64,000 bases of DNA from Octopus sinensis (GCF_006345805.1 NC_043009.1:41106001-41170000), one strand, 5' to 3'; counted from the stretch's first letter, positions 1 through 13,344 are shown. The notes: a model not told the origin generated them from the sequence alone. Made by a program: numbers and translations.

Positions 1-734
1 ATTTGAATAAACTATATTTATAATTAAAACAACGACGGCATCAACAAATTAACTTTTGTTTTCTTTCTATAAATTTCTTCCCTAGTCCTTCAATAATCAG
101 TGCAGCAACGAAGGACATGCGTTAACTGAAGTGGCACAGGTCTTTCTCCTTTGCTTTCTCTTTCTCCCCCCCCCCCGCGCACCTCGGTGAAACGATTTCA
201 ATTAAATTGTACATCTCTTTTTAAATAAGCATTAACATGCTGTAACACTAAATATGAACTTGTGAATTTGTAATTTGCAATAATCTCAGCCTAATTAAGT
301 GAATGAAATCATTACGTTTAATAAAATATCCATTTTCACTATAAACAAAAACTTAAAAGAAAACAAAACATAAGTGCTACATGTGTACTACATTACTACA
401 TGTGTACTCAAAGTTCTATTGTAATATGATCCTCCATTCTTCCTTCCGCCTACTTTTATAGCATAATACTTTACTGTTAAAGAGTTTTAAACATATATTA
501 TTCAAATTGATTGAGAGTTAATAATTCCACGCATAGAGTGCAAACCTATCTGAGTTCAACAACAACAACAACAAAAGGCCTTAGAAAATATAACAGTGTA
601 TTAACTACATCTATGCCTTTTCTGAAATAAACGAAAAAAAAATCAAGATCTTTACAAAGGAGATGACAGAGGTCAGGGGTAAAAGGTGCATTGCTGTCAA
701 CAAAATTGATAACCTGAAACCAAAGTGTCATGTA

Positions 735-925
735 AAACGCATTGGTGTTGGTGCCATGTAAAATAACACTGGTGTTGGTGATGCATTGGTATTAGGAAGG
801 GCATCCAGCTGTAGAAACCAAGCCAAAACAGACTATGTAACCTGGTGTGACCCCTGGACTTGCCAGTTCCCATCAAGTCATCCAACCCATGCAAGAATGG
901 AAAACAGACGTTAAATGATGATGAT
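735..925 (+). mobile_element. SINE-like family A, 3' part, ending in (GAT)n tail
   Basis: Contains ggaagggcatccagctgtagaaacc...catccaacccatgc...gacgttaaatgatgatgat; the same block recurs at 20806-20937, 29245-29620, 40022-40300 and 55363-55750. Confidence 0.75.
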
Positions 926-1185
926 CTTTCTGGTATTCATGCTTAACAGGAATTCCATAGCATTGAATATGAGGTGAATAAATCTGTTTGAAAATCAGCT
1001 CTTCACAAGTTGTATTCTCAGAACATCTGGTGTGAAGTCTTCATAGCTACAAGAGTGGCAGAACATGAAGTATATGGACTTCATTGTCCCATGGTTGAAC
1101 AATTGAGAAGTTTGCCTGGAATTATGAGGTCATGGTATCACTCCCACTTCATAGCACCTTGGGTGCAAGTGTTTTCACTGTAAAA

Positions 1186-1257
1186 TTGGGTGAGCCTGAG
1201 CTTCAATTGAGACTGAGCAGCCTTGGGTGAGCCTGAGCTTCAATTGAAACTGAGTAG
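1186..1257. repeat. 37-bp tandem duplication
   Basis: ttgggtgagcctgagcttcaattga(g/a)actgag starts at 1186 and again at 1223. Confidence 0.85.
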
Positions 1258-1309
1258 ACAGAAGATGTATGGAAGCCCATCAGATGAAATCCACAGGGCC
1301 ACTCATCTA

Positions 1310-1513
1310 TGTGTGTGTGTCTCTCCCTTCTCTTTCAGTCAGGCTGTTTGTCTCTCTCTCTCTCTTCTGTCTCAGTCTGACTGTCTGTCTCTCTTCTGTT
1401 GTCTCAGTCTTCTTCTTCTTCTCTCTCTCTCTCACATTCTCTTCAGTCTGTCTGTCTGTCTCTCTCACAATCTTTTCTACCTGTCTGTCTGTCTCTCTCA
1501 CAATCTTTTCTAC

Positions 1514-1555
<42 letters not shown>
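1310..1555. repeat. Compound (CT)n/(CTGT)n microsatellite with an internal ~33-bp duplication
   Basis: Direct reading; tctctcacaatcttttctacctgtctgtctg occurs twice. Confidence 0.85.
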
Positions 1556-2124
1556 GTTACGCACACACTACATCACACTGATTCTGTTTGACAACTACAT
1601 ATCATTTAACATTTATCCAGCCCAAATATTCTACATGCTTTATTTTCAAACTGGCCAGATATGGCCTTTCACACCTACCTACAATGTCATCTTAAGAATA
1701 AGCAATCACATCATCAAAATTTCAAAGCTACAAGATAATGCATGATTACTTCAAAACAATGTGAATAAATATGCATTACAATTGATAGAGCAATTAATAT
1801 GAAGTGTTGAGCACTCAGTCACTTACATTCCAATTTAATGAACATATAGTTCAGTTGATCAAACAATTAAAAACTCATCGCTGAAACTGACTGAGATCCA
1901 TTACTGCCTGAATATACCATTCTATCGATATCAATACATATTTTTGGATTGGATTGCCTGTGTTCAATCCACTGCAGGATGAAGACCTCAGCATGACCTC
2001 TCTCCACGAACCTCAGTCTGATGTGGAAGCCATGAATCTGAGCTTGAGATCATATTGCTTGGATGAGTATACTCTGCCACACTGACTCAACATGGCTGAG
2101 CAGAAAGGTGCAGTTTTATATACA

Positions 2125-2300
2125 GTTACCCAGGAGTAGTTAAATTAATAATATCAACCCCCAAAGCTTAACTGGTACTTATTTTATCAACCCCAAAAGG
2201 ATGGAAGGCCTTGGCAGAATTTGAACTCAGAATGTAAGTACAGATGAAATACCACTAAGCATTTTACCCAGTGTACTATTGATTCCGCTAGCTCACCACC
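2125..2300 (-). mobile_element. SINE family B (tRNA-like head), degraded copy
   Basis: Matches the reverse complement of the intact copies at 24208-24439 and 55934-56167 (gcagaatttgaactcagaatg...ctagctcaccacct). Confidence 0.7.
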
Positions 2301-2439
2301 TGATGTTACTGGTACTTAAATAAATAAAAAAAAATCACACATTAGACTGATGGTATCTGTTCAGGCTCTTAACATTATGAGTCCAAATTCCATCATGGCC
2401 ACTTGTGAGCTTAACACTATCACCAACAACTGGCTAATT

Positions 2440-2523
2440 TATGTATATATCAATATACATACATACACTCACACATATATACACACACACACATATATAT
2501 GAGTATATACACACATACAATAG

Positions 2524-2557
<34 letters not shown>

Positions 2558-2650
2558 GTATATATTTGGAGTGTTTTGGAAATTCCTTGATACTGTTATA
2601 ATATTTGGAGAGAAGATTTTTTCTGAAAGAGTTAAGCTTGAGAAAAGAAC

Positions 2651-2701
<51 letters not shown>

Positions 2702-2804
2702 TATATATATGCATATATGTATATGCATATGTGTGTGTATATATATATATATGTATATGCATATGTGTGTGTGTGTATGTGTATATATATATAAATATAT
2801 ATAT

Positions 2805-2847
<43 letters not shown>

Positions 2848-2912
2848 GCATATATGTATATGCATATGTGTGTGTATATATATATATATGTATATGCATA
2901 TGTGTGTGTGTG

Positions 2913-2947
<35 letters not shown>
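2440..2947. repeat. Compound (AT)n/(GT)n microsatellite with internal block duplication
   Basis: Direct reading; source of several spurious I/Y/C-rich ORFs. Confidence 0.9.
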
Positions 2948-2958
<11 letters not shown>

Positions 2959-3154
2959 GAGGGCATTATACATACATGCCAGAAGGCATTATACATACAT
3001 GCCAAACGCTAAGAGGGACAATTAGTAATTTCTACCAAAAAATTACTATTAATATTAATATTTTTGGTAGAAATGACTAATTGTCCCTCTTAGCGTTTGG
3101 CATGTATGTATAATGCCTTCTGGCATGTATGTATAATGCCCTCTATATATAAAT
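2948..3154. mobile_element. Near-perfect palindrome, MITE or fold-back-like (94-bp arms, 19-nt spacer)
   Basis: 2948-3041 is the reverse complement of 3061-3154 with one mismatch seen; the core 2959-3143 is flanked by TA. Confidence 0.85.
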
Positions 3155-3272
3155 TAATATGTTCAATAAGAAATAATTATTTTCGAAATTTTTTCTCTTA
3201 TGAGGTTTTTACGCTATCTACCTGACAATTTCTTGTTAAGTTTTTCCTTATTAAGTAGTTGTCCTTAATTGC

Positions 3273-3318
<46 letters not shown>

Positions 3319-3474
3319 AGTGTATGTATATATGTATACATGCAAACACACACACACACAGAAACACACAAACATATGAATATGGAGGACACATACATGC
3401 ACACACTTGCATGCATGCTTACGTACATACATGTGTATGCACACACATACTGACCCACATACATGTGCACAAAG

Positions 3475-3505
<31 letters not shown>

Positions 3506-4868
3506 ATACACACACACAGACATATGTTTAATAGTGTAATATATATGTGCAAACATTATATATATATATATATATAAATATATATGTATGAAACGAAGAA
3601 ATATCTAGATACCTTAGAAAGATTGGTGACATGATACATGTAAATTCAGTACAGAACCAATACACCTGCTGAGGTATTTTAATAGACATCACAGTAATCT
3701 GTGAGTGCTGCACAGCCAAGGTAGCTGAAGATTGCAGGCTTAGATTGAACCAGCTACCCAAACTTTCAATCCAGGTAATTTTCTTAATTGAGAGAAGGCA
3801 GCATGAAGATATCAAAGCTAAAACCACAAAAGCCTGATTTAAGTGGATACCCAGTCTGCGGAGGATGTCTGAAAAGGGTTGGTGCCTAAATCTCATTAAC
3901 AAAAAAAAAACACAAAAAAAAATCAATCCAAAAAACAAAAAAAACAAACAAACAGGAATTGTAAAAATAAGAAAATAAATAAAAAAAAAACATCTCCGTG
4001 TACAAGAAAAGCGGCAAAAATTTACAATACAAAAGAATTAGTTTTCCGTTGATCATGAACGAGAAAATCCAGTAAGCTGTGAGTAATGAATCGAAGCATG
4101 ATGTCGCATTCACGAGGGAAGACTGGTGCCAAAAACAGGCAAAAATCTGTATATAGAAAGATCTTGCATAAATACTCTTATTGCTTCTAATTAGAGCATT
4201 GTTTCACATGAAATGATGTCAAAATGAACTCTAACACTGCACAGCAGAAAATAGGAGCAATTTTTCATGCTATTTAATGAAAGAATGTGTCGTTTTCTAC
4301 GTTTCAATTAGATTTATTTCAATCCTTGCATAGCAGTAAATATGTAATGTCTCTAGGATAATTAAGACACAACTCACTTGAAATGGCAGAATCTCAAAGA
4401 CAAAAATAGAAATAAAAATGACAAGAAATAAAATGTTTTGTATGTAATATGTATGTCTGTGTGTGTGTGTGTGCATGAGTCCATGTGTAATGTGTGTGTG
4501 TATTTAAGTACTCATGAATGCATATGTGCTTGGATGTGAAAGTGTGAGTAAAAATTTATATACATAGACACTGTATATATAAACATATATGCATATATAT
4601 ATATATAAATCCATATACAGACAGACATATATATGTATGTATATATGTATATATATATATGCATATAATCTATATAGATAGATAAGTAGATAAATACACA
4701 GACAGAGATGGATATATTCCTATGTAAACATATGTATTTAAATAAATGTATGAGCATGCACACATGCGTATAATTATATACACAAACATTGATATATGCA
4801 TGTGTATATGAATGTATGAATGTGTGTGTGTGTGTGTGTATGTATGTATATATGTATGTATGTATGTG

Positions 4869-4922
<54 letters not shown>

Positions 4923-5233
4923 TTATATTCATACATATATATATATATATGCATGAATATACAAACACACACATATAAGTATGAATTCTTCAAGTAGTAT
5001 TTTCAATATTTCTCTATTGATGGAATAATACTTTTCTGCATTCTTTGATAGGAAAAGTACCAAGATTTGGTGTGAAAAACACCGACAAAACAAGAAAAAG
5101 ATTCAGCAAATGTTTAAAAATGTTAAATGCAGTGAAATTATTTCAAGAAAACATAAAGAACTGCCAATTGCAAATAAAGTTAAGACAGTTTTACATACAT
5201 ACAAATGTATGTATGTGAGTGCATATATATACT

Positions 5234-5268
<35 letters not shown>

Positions 5269-6094
5269 GTTCATAGATATATGTATATATATTTACACAC
5301 ATATATATATACATATTTATATATATGTGTTTGCATGTTGTGTGTTTTGTGTGCATACATATAGAGACACAGATACAGATACACTGCACTACGGATACAC
5401 GTACCTATATACACACACACACATTTACTTAAGCATAGGAAAACACGCGTGAAGACAGGAATGATGACAAGGAAGACGACAAAGATGACAACGACGGCAA
5501 CGATGTGATGCTGATGCTGATGATGATGATGCTACTATTTGGCTTTTTGTTTTGATTTCCCCCCTCTTTTGCCAAGTTTTCGTTCTTGTGGCAGCAGAAA
5601 AAGTAAACTTATTTAATAAGTAAACTTGTAAATGGCAATAAAATATGCCAATATTTTGCAGAAACCTTAAGCAAGAACTTTACTTACGCTATGCATGCAT
5701 GTATGTACATATGTGAGTTTGCATATATGTATGTAAGTATGTGTGTGAATATGAATGTTTATTAAATTAGACAAAACTATATGAGAATTCATACATATTT
5801 TTACAAGATGGCTAGTTTTTGATAGATGCCTGGTTCAGTGTTTTTAAAATAAAATTTAAAGATTGTACATACATATATACATACATATGTGTGTGTATGT
5901 GTATACACATGCATTTTGTGGGTAATAAATATTGTATATAGATGGCCCCCAATTATTTGCAAGCATTTTTTTTTAAAGAATGAGAGAGTGCGTCAGTTAA
6001 GCTTCCTCCTCACTTCATTTATGTCACAATCTTCTTTTCCTTTTTCTTCTGTGTATTTTGTTCTTTTACTCTGGTCGTTTGTATCTCTGTTATC

Positions 6095-6434
6095 TTTTAG
6101 TGACTGTGGCCATGCTGGGGTACTGCCTTGAAGGGTTTATGTCAAACAAATCAACAAACAAACCCCAGAACTTATACTGTTACTAGTATTGGTTTGCAAA
6201 ATAAACACTAGTTGTCAAGCAACTGTGTGGAGACAAACATGAACACTAACTCAAAGACACACACACATACACACATACATACATATCTGGTGGGATTCCA
6301 CACAGTTTCTGCCCACCAAATTCACTCACAAAGCATTGACTGTCTCAAGGCTACAGGAAGAGATAGTTACCTAAGATGCAGTGTAGTGGGACTGAACCCG
6401 AATACATGTGGTTGCTACCACACACACACAGCCA
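6095..6434 (-). mobile_element. SINE family C (tRNA head plus CORE-like block), degraded copy
   Basis: Similar to the reverse complement of 51585-52020 (gactgtggccatgctgg...gtgggactgaacccgaa...acacagcc). Confidence 0.65.
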
Positions 6435-7094
6435 TGTCTACACATATGTTTGTATTTATTTATTTTTATTTTTACTTTATTCTATTTATTATTTTGTTGT
6501 TGCTGTTATTTAGACCACCCGCTAACCCTACAAGAACCAGAACTAACTGCCATCCTCAAGAAAGTAATCACTAGGTAGTGTGCATCATCGTCATCATTCA
6601 ACATCTGCCTCCTATGCTGGTATGGGTTGGACAGTTTGACAAGAGCCAGCCAACCCATGCCAGCATGCATTTGCTAATTGTTCTAGGTGCCGGCAGGGTC
6701 ACAAGCAATATATATATTCTCTCACCTCTCGACAGTCCTATCCGTAATCAAGTGGAATCTCAAGGATATGACAGCAGGAGGAGGGAGAGAGGGTCACACC
6801 AGCAGTTGGCAGGTATTCCTGCTCTGCAGAGAGCAGACTAGAGCAATGTGAAGGACTTGGCCTTACTGAAGGATGTGGAAGGTCCAGGAATCAACTGCAT
6901 GATCCCAACAACCATAGCACAAGGCCACACATGAATCTAATGAAAGGAAACCTATACAATTTTGGGGGAATTCTATTTTTTGGGGTTGTCTTAAACTCAG
7001 TGGACACTGGACTATATTATCTACTGTGGTGTTTCTCAAGCTTTTTTTGACTATTGTCTCCCTTTTTTGAATAATACTCATTCAATGTCCCCTT

Positions 7095-7310
7095 TGCAGT
7101 GAGCTGGCAGAATTGTTAGCATGCTTGGGCAAAATGCTTAGCAGCATTTCGTCCATCTTAATATTCTGAGTTCAAATTCTGCTACGGTCAACTTTGCCTT
7201 CCATCCCTTCAGGGTTGATAAAATATGTACCAGTTTAAGCAGTGGGGTCAACATAATTAACTTACCCCATCCCTTGACATTGCTGGCCTTGTGCCAGAAT
7301 TTGAATATAA
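7095..7310 (+). mobile_element. SINE family B copy
   Basis: gagctggcagaattgttagc...ctgagttcaaattctgc: A-box-like and B-box-like motifs. Confidence 0.75.
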
Positions 7311-8106
7311 CATTTAATACACCAGACATAATGATGCTGACAGGTTGATGGCCATTGCAAGACTACTTGCAATTGAGTCACTTCATCAATATAATATGGT
7401 ATGTCAAAATGACATTTTGAACAATAATATTAATAAATGATTTACAGAAGAGGAGGAGTTGGGGGGCTTAGTTGTATAGGTTAGAAAGAATTTCTGGAGG
7501 CAGATTTTCTATGGAGGGATGCCCTCCCTGTTGCTAACTCTTATTTTGTTACCAAGCAGAGTAACATTTCTTATTTTTCCATGATTGGACAAGTTTTTTT
7601 AGGGTGTTAGACTCATGACTGGAAGATTAGGGTTTCGATTCCTGGATCGAGTAATGTGTTGAGCTCTTAAGCAAAACACTGGTAAAAATGAGTAATCTTC
7701 TAATAGGTTGGCATCCGGTTGGTTCCGGGGAGGAACAAAGAAATCAGGAAACCAGCTCCATGCTCCTTTTGGAGTGATGTAGACTGATCACTACCCCCCC
7801 CCACTGTCACCCCCCAGGGGATGGTATATCCAGGGGCAGCTCGTAGATAAAATTAGTCGGGGTGCTGCTTCAGAAGATTCTTACCTGTTGTTTTAAAACA
7901 AAAATACGGGAAGAAAATTTATACATAAACTTGACCGGTTCACATTTTAGCCACTGCCACTGAACAATGCCATGAACACTCCTTGTTTTTCACCCCCCCC
8001 CCCAAATACAAAATAAGGGGGGATCTGCCCTATTTTTCAAATCCTGGTAGCAATACTGGAAGCAGGATAATAATTTAATTCTACTCTTTATCACATTCAA
8101 GAATAT

Positions 8107-8518
8107 AAACACATTTTTAAGCACACAACACATGCGGAGTCAAAAAGAAACACTACCTTTCACCAGCACTGTGTGAAGGACAGTGTTCTCTCTACCTAGG
8201 GTGAAGCTTCCTATCTCAGACATGTGAGCATGCGCACAACAGCCAAACACATTTTTAAGCACGACACATGCGGATTCAAAAAGAAACACTACCTTTCACC
8301 AGCACTGTGTGAAGGACAGTGTTCTCTTTACCTAGGGTGAAGCTTCCTATCTCGGACATGTGAGCATGCGCACAACAGCCAAACACATTTTTAAGCACGA
8401 CACATGCGGATTCAAAAAGAAACACTACCTTTCACCAGCACTGTGTGAAGGACAGTGTTCTCTCTACCTAGGGTGAAGCTTCCTATCTCGGACATGTGAG
8501 CATGCACAAAACAGCCAA
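8107..8518. repeat. Three tandem copies of a 136-bp (first copy 138-bp) complex unit
   Basis: Units start at 8107, 8245 and 8381; copies differ at a few positions. Confidence 0.95.
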
Positions 8519-8612
8519 CCACTGCGTCGCTGGAACTGAAGTACACAGTTCTATACAAGGGTTTTTGTATTTTTTCCATAAACTAGGGGATGGCTACTGA
8601 CATTAAGCTTAA

Positions 8613-8830
8613 ACCTTTAGTATTCAGATTTCTTTGTCAAATGTATTGACTTTTAATGCACATTGTTTTGAACTAATCAGGCATTATTTTGTAGCTTCAC
8701 GATTTCAAAGTGTGTTTGATTATTTTTAGAATGGCATTGTAAGGTAGGTGTGAGAAGTTGGATCAGGTCAATTTTAACAAAAAACAGGGAGACTATTTGG
8801 CCGGATATGGCCAGATTAAATGCTAAAGGG
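8613..8830. mobile_element. piggyBac-like MITE (TTAA-flanked)
   Basis: TTAA at 8609-8612 and 8831-8834; termini acctttagtattc / aaatgctaaaggg; related copy at 51526-52157. Confidence 0.75.
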
Positions 8831-9583
8831 TTAAGGATTATATAATGTACAAGTACAAAGAAAGAATTAAAGAAAAAGGATTCATTATATTGAATGTTAT
8901 CAATAATATCGAGTGGAAATAGAGGGGTGCTGCAGTTCTACAGTGCCTATACATGAGCCACCACTGGGTATAACTTATCTTGAAAAGAACAGATTTAGAG
9001 TGCGCTCCTTTAATTTCAAGATGGTATTGTGAATTTAAGGAGTAAGACTTATGACTGGTATTTCTAGCACCGCGAGTGACAAAGTAGAGAGAGACTCCTT
9101 CAAAAGTTTGTTTCTCTATAAGTTGCAACTGTTGTGAAACCATCAACTAACTTTCTTCTTCAGTATACATGCCTACTCTGACAAAAGTAATAAGGTGGAT
9201 TATTTCTGAACATTCATTACGAGCGCATTATATGTGATGACTAAGGCAGTAGTTGCCATTGCATTTAAACTTCTCGACTCATGAATGCATTCAGAAGACA
9301 CACGACAGCAATGGCATGCATTCTGCATTCTATAAATGGAAAAAGGTAATATCTTATTCCTTTATTCTATTGAAAGAAGATTTGGGTTTATTTAAGATTT
9401 ATTAAAGCCATATTGAGACAGAGTCAGCTCCTAACTTATTATGAAAGATAATATCAATACTTGCTCTCATTATAAATATGCGTTTGTGTGTGCATGCACA
9501 TGTGTGTTTGCATGCACATGTATGCGTGTGTGAGTGCATATATATATATATATAGACATGTGTGTGTGTGTGTTTATGTATAT

Positions 9584-9615
<32 letters not shown>

Positions 9616-10869
9616 TATATATATATATATAATATATATATATATATTATATATATATATAGATATGTGTGTGCGTGTGTTTATGTATATATATATATAT
9701 ATATAGACATGTGTGTGTGTATGTATATATGTCTGTCTATAAACAAATGCACACACACACACAAATATATACAGACATATGTATTTATATACATGCATAA
9801 GTACATATATATATACATATATATACACACACACATATATATATATACACACACATATATATATATATATATATACATATATACATGATGATGATGATGA
9901 TGATATATATATATACATATATATATATCAAAATGATTATTACATAACTAAATACATACAAACATGCATACATACATACATACATACACACACATCAACA
10001 CACTTCCAATACTTTCTGATCTTCATCTGATCTACAGCCATACAACATTCTTAAACCAGATGACAATTTAAACTGAACTGCATGTTTGTGCATATATAAA
10101 AACATAAATGCAGATACACATGCACTCTATCGCATGTGTCTGTGAGCATGTGCATGCATGTGAGCGTATCTATATGGATTAGTGTGCGTTATCATCTAGA
10201 AATGAAAAAAAAAAAACACAAAAAAACTTAATACTTTAATTATAACATGTATAATTTATAGGTACGTGTGCATGTGTGTACACATCTAACCTCACACACA
10301 TATATACATACACACACACACATACAATCATCATCTCTGAAAAAAGTGACATTAGATGATGATGAAGAAGAGGTGGATGATAAAACAATTACAGCATGGA
10401 AGACATATGTTAGCCATTTAAGTGTACACAAAGACTGTGAACGTCACTTAAACATTTATCATTTGGTGTTAAAATTGTGTTTTTTTTTTTTTTTACCAAA
10501 TGTTAACTGGTCACTGACTTAGCCTTTCGTCCTTTCGGGGTCGATTAAATAGGTGCCAGTTATGCACTGGGGTCAATGCAATAGACTTAATCACTTTGTC
10601 TGTCCTTGTTTATCCTCTCTGTTTAGCCATGTGGGCAATAAATACATACACATACACACACATATATATACATATATATATATATACATAGATATATATA
10701 TACATACATAAATATATATATATACATAGATATATGTATACATACATAAATATATATATATACATAGATATATGTATACATACATATATGTACACATACA
10801 TATATGTACACACTCACCCCTACTGTCCCTCTAGTGTCTGACCTCTGACCTCTGCCCGAAGTCAGAACG

Positions 10870-11055
10870 CCATGATAGATCGTTAGCTCCTACACGCTTT
10901 TTTTTTCTCTCCTTGTTTTTTTTCTGTGTATCTTTCTGTCGAAGAGCGTAGGCTTGAAACGTAAAAGACTTGTTCTATTTCTATTCCTGAGCACCATTCT
11001 AATACATTTGTTTGTTTGTACTCCACCTACCTTCGTCTTTTGTTTATTTTCGTAA
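10870..11055 (+). mobile_element. Penelope-like-element-derived repeat containing a degenerate minimal hammerhead motif
   Basis: gaagagcgtaggcttgaaacgt core resembles the ends of Penelope-like elements; see finding at 10931-10968. Confidence 0.55.
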
Positions 11056-11074
11056 ATATATATATATATATATA

Positions 11075-12408
11075 TAAGCAGATATACCTGGCATTGCCCA
11101 GCTTAAAGACAATAATCAAATTTTAAAATGCTGTCTAGATTATGCAGGTGTGAAGTGCTAATAGCTGAGATACCAACTTTCTGCATTAATAACTCTCCAG
11201 CCCATGCCAGCATGGAACATAAATGTTAAGTGAAATGTTAAAAGAAAGTTTTCAACTCATATATGCATATAAAGTAAATACACATAATTCAAAAACACAT
11301 TTTGTGTAGCTTATTTCGCAACCAAAGGAAACAGGTACGGATTATAAACAACGAAAGGCCGGTTTTGGTGATTCATTTGACAGAGGTAGTAGAGAGCCAA
11401 TCCAAAGATATATCTGATCTTGGATCTTGAAAGTTTGCATGAATCCTGGCTCAGTTAAATCTCTTGTGGCTCCAAATGATGTCATCTGTAGTGCAGTGTT
11501 GTATTGTCTAATTTTGTTTTGAGAGTGCTTGGAATCTTGCTCAGTTGATGACAACAGTTTCTTCAATGGCTCTGGAGGTTGGGGGATTGCAGGGAGTTTA
11601 ACCTTTCCATCACTGCAGCACAGTGCAGGTGTCTCTCCAGGCCACTTTGTTGCTTTACAATATATCCACTCAGTTGTCAGTGCACCAATGGAAACTTTAG
11701 CATAATTAACTGCTGCATTGTAATTGAAAGCTGCTTCATAGAATTTGCTTCTCTGAGCTGTTACAACTGCTCTTCGTTCTGCAGTGGAGATCCTATTCCT
11801 TGTCAGCCATGAATACTTCTGTTCATCACTTTGAGATGCTCTGGCTTTTGTAGTGCACTGTCTGTCCATTTCTTGGTATGCTTCCCTTTCTGTAGCTGTC
11901 TCTCTTTCCCTGGACAGAGACATTTTTTTGGCTGGCCTTGACATTGTAGACAAATTTGACATGTAGTTAATAACAAAAAAAAAAGCAAGAAAAAATACAA
12001 GGAAAAACAACAAGAGGACTTGGTACATGCAAAGTATTAATAAGATGTTCAAGGAAGGAAAGAAAGGGTGATTTACATTTTCAGCAAAGCTCTCCTTCGG
12101 AAACAGGAGACAGAGGGAAGTCCAAGAGAAAAAAAAGATCACCAACAATACTCATGTATTTTACACACAAACACACATATGAGGTGATTCATAAGCACTC
12201 AGCCAAGAGCGCATTGCATCTTGCAGCAGAAACACCCATAAGCTAATGCAGTTCATTACATAATTTCTTCTTCCCTTGTCACTTATTACACTAATTATTC
12301 GACTAATGCTTTTTTTCTAAAGCATATGTATATTGAATTCCAACACCAGCTTAGTAGTATCCTCATACTTAAGAAAAATATTTAAATACACACACACACA
12401 CACACAGA
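11075..12408 (-). mobile_element. Internally deleted Helitron
   Basis: Helitron-like N-terminal ORF; degenerate 3' hairpin plus terminus at about 11075-11103 (minus strand ctgggcaatgccaggtatatctgctta); candidate 5' TC preceded by A at 12408 (boundary inferred). Confidence 0.7.
11342..11962 (-). pseudogene. Helitron RepHel protein, N-terminal fragment (truncated and decayed)
   Basis: Translation contains YCKATKWPGETPALCCSDGKVKLP..PPEPL, IRQYNTALQMTSFGA and FKIQDQIYLWIGSLLP, matching the conserved Helitron N-terminal motifs; no Rep or helicase domain follows. Confidence 0.8.
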
Positions 12409-12784
12409 TATGTTAAAGCTTTATTAACCAATCTTCTTACATCTCTTTATTCAGATCTACTTAGCGGCATCAGAAATGTTCAAGATGGGTGTACAGACTG
12501 ACTGTAATTCATATTGTGGTGGAAAGCACACATTTTCTTCACCTGTTTATCTACATGGAATAGGAAAAACTGTCCAAGTTTTAATTGCAAGGTTTTCCCA
12601 CCCACCTTATGTTTTAATAAGATAGTCAAAGGAATAGTAGGGCGCTAATCTCACCAGCTGAAAGAGAATGGTGAGATTTGCTTTGCTGTTGATATCTGCC
12701 AGAATATGCATACACTACAGTGTTACTCATTGCAGAAGTAAGAACAATTCTACTGTAAGTAATATCAGGAATAATGGTATCTTT

Positions 12785-12950
12785 TATCTTTAATCTCTTT
12801 TACTTGTTTCAGTCATTTGACTGTGGCCATGCAACAGCACCGCCTTTAGTCGAGCAAATCGACCCCAGGATTTATTCTTTGTAAGCCTAGTACTTATTCT
12901 GCTGGACCCTTTTGCCGAACCGCGAAGTTACAGAGACGTAAACACACCAT
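12785..12950 (-). mobile_element. SINE family C, 3' portion
   Basis: ttttacttgtttcagtcatttgactgtggccatgc...gacgtaaacacacc. Confidence 0.75.
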
Positions 12951-13215
12951 CATTATTATTATTATTGTTATTATCATCATTCTTTTCATTATTTTTCAGA
13001 ATTGCTAACATGCTAAGTAAAATGCTTAGTGGCATTTTATCTGTCTTTACACTGAGTTAAAATTCTGCTGAGGTCAACTTTGCCTTTCAGCCTTTCAGGG
13101 TCAATAAATTAAGTACCAGTTGAGCACTGGGGTCAATGTATATGACTTGTCTTCTTCCTCCAATTTTTCATTATTACTATTATTATTAGTGCTATTATTA
13201 TTATTATTATTATTA

Positions 13216-13251
<36 letters not shown>

Positions 13252-13344
13252 AAGTACATGCTATATTAGCAAAAATGTTGTCTTGAGGTTTCGTAACAAT
13301 AAATCTCCTCAAATTTAAAGAATCTTCCTTGCAGGTCAATGAGA

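Noticed and set aside
3600-3900. Plus-strand frame with few stops as a transposon ORF remnant
   Set aside because: No recognisable RT, endonuclease or transposase motif.
8107-8518. CRISPR-like array
   Set aside because: Whole units are repeated with no unique spacers, and the context is eukaryotic.
8838-9146. Minus-strand ORF containing TFEG
   Set aside because: The following residues do not match BCAT or anything else I recognise.
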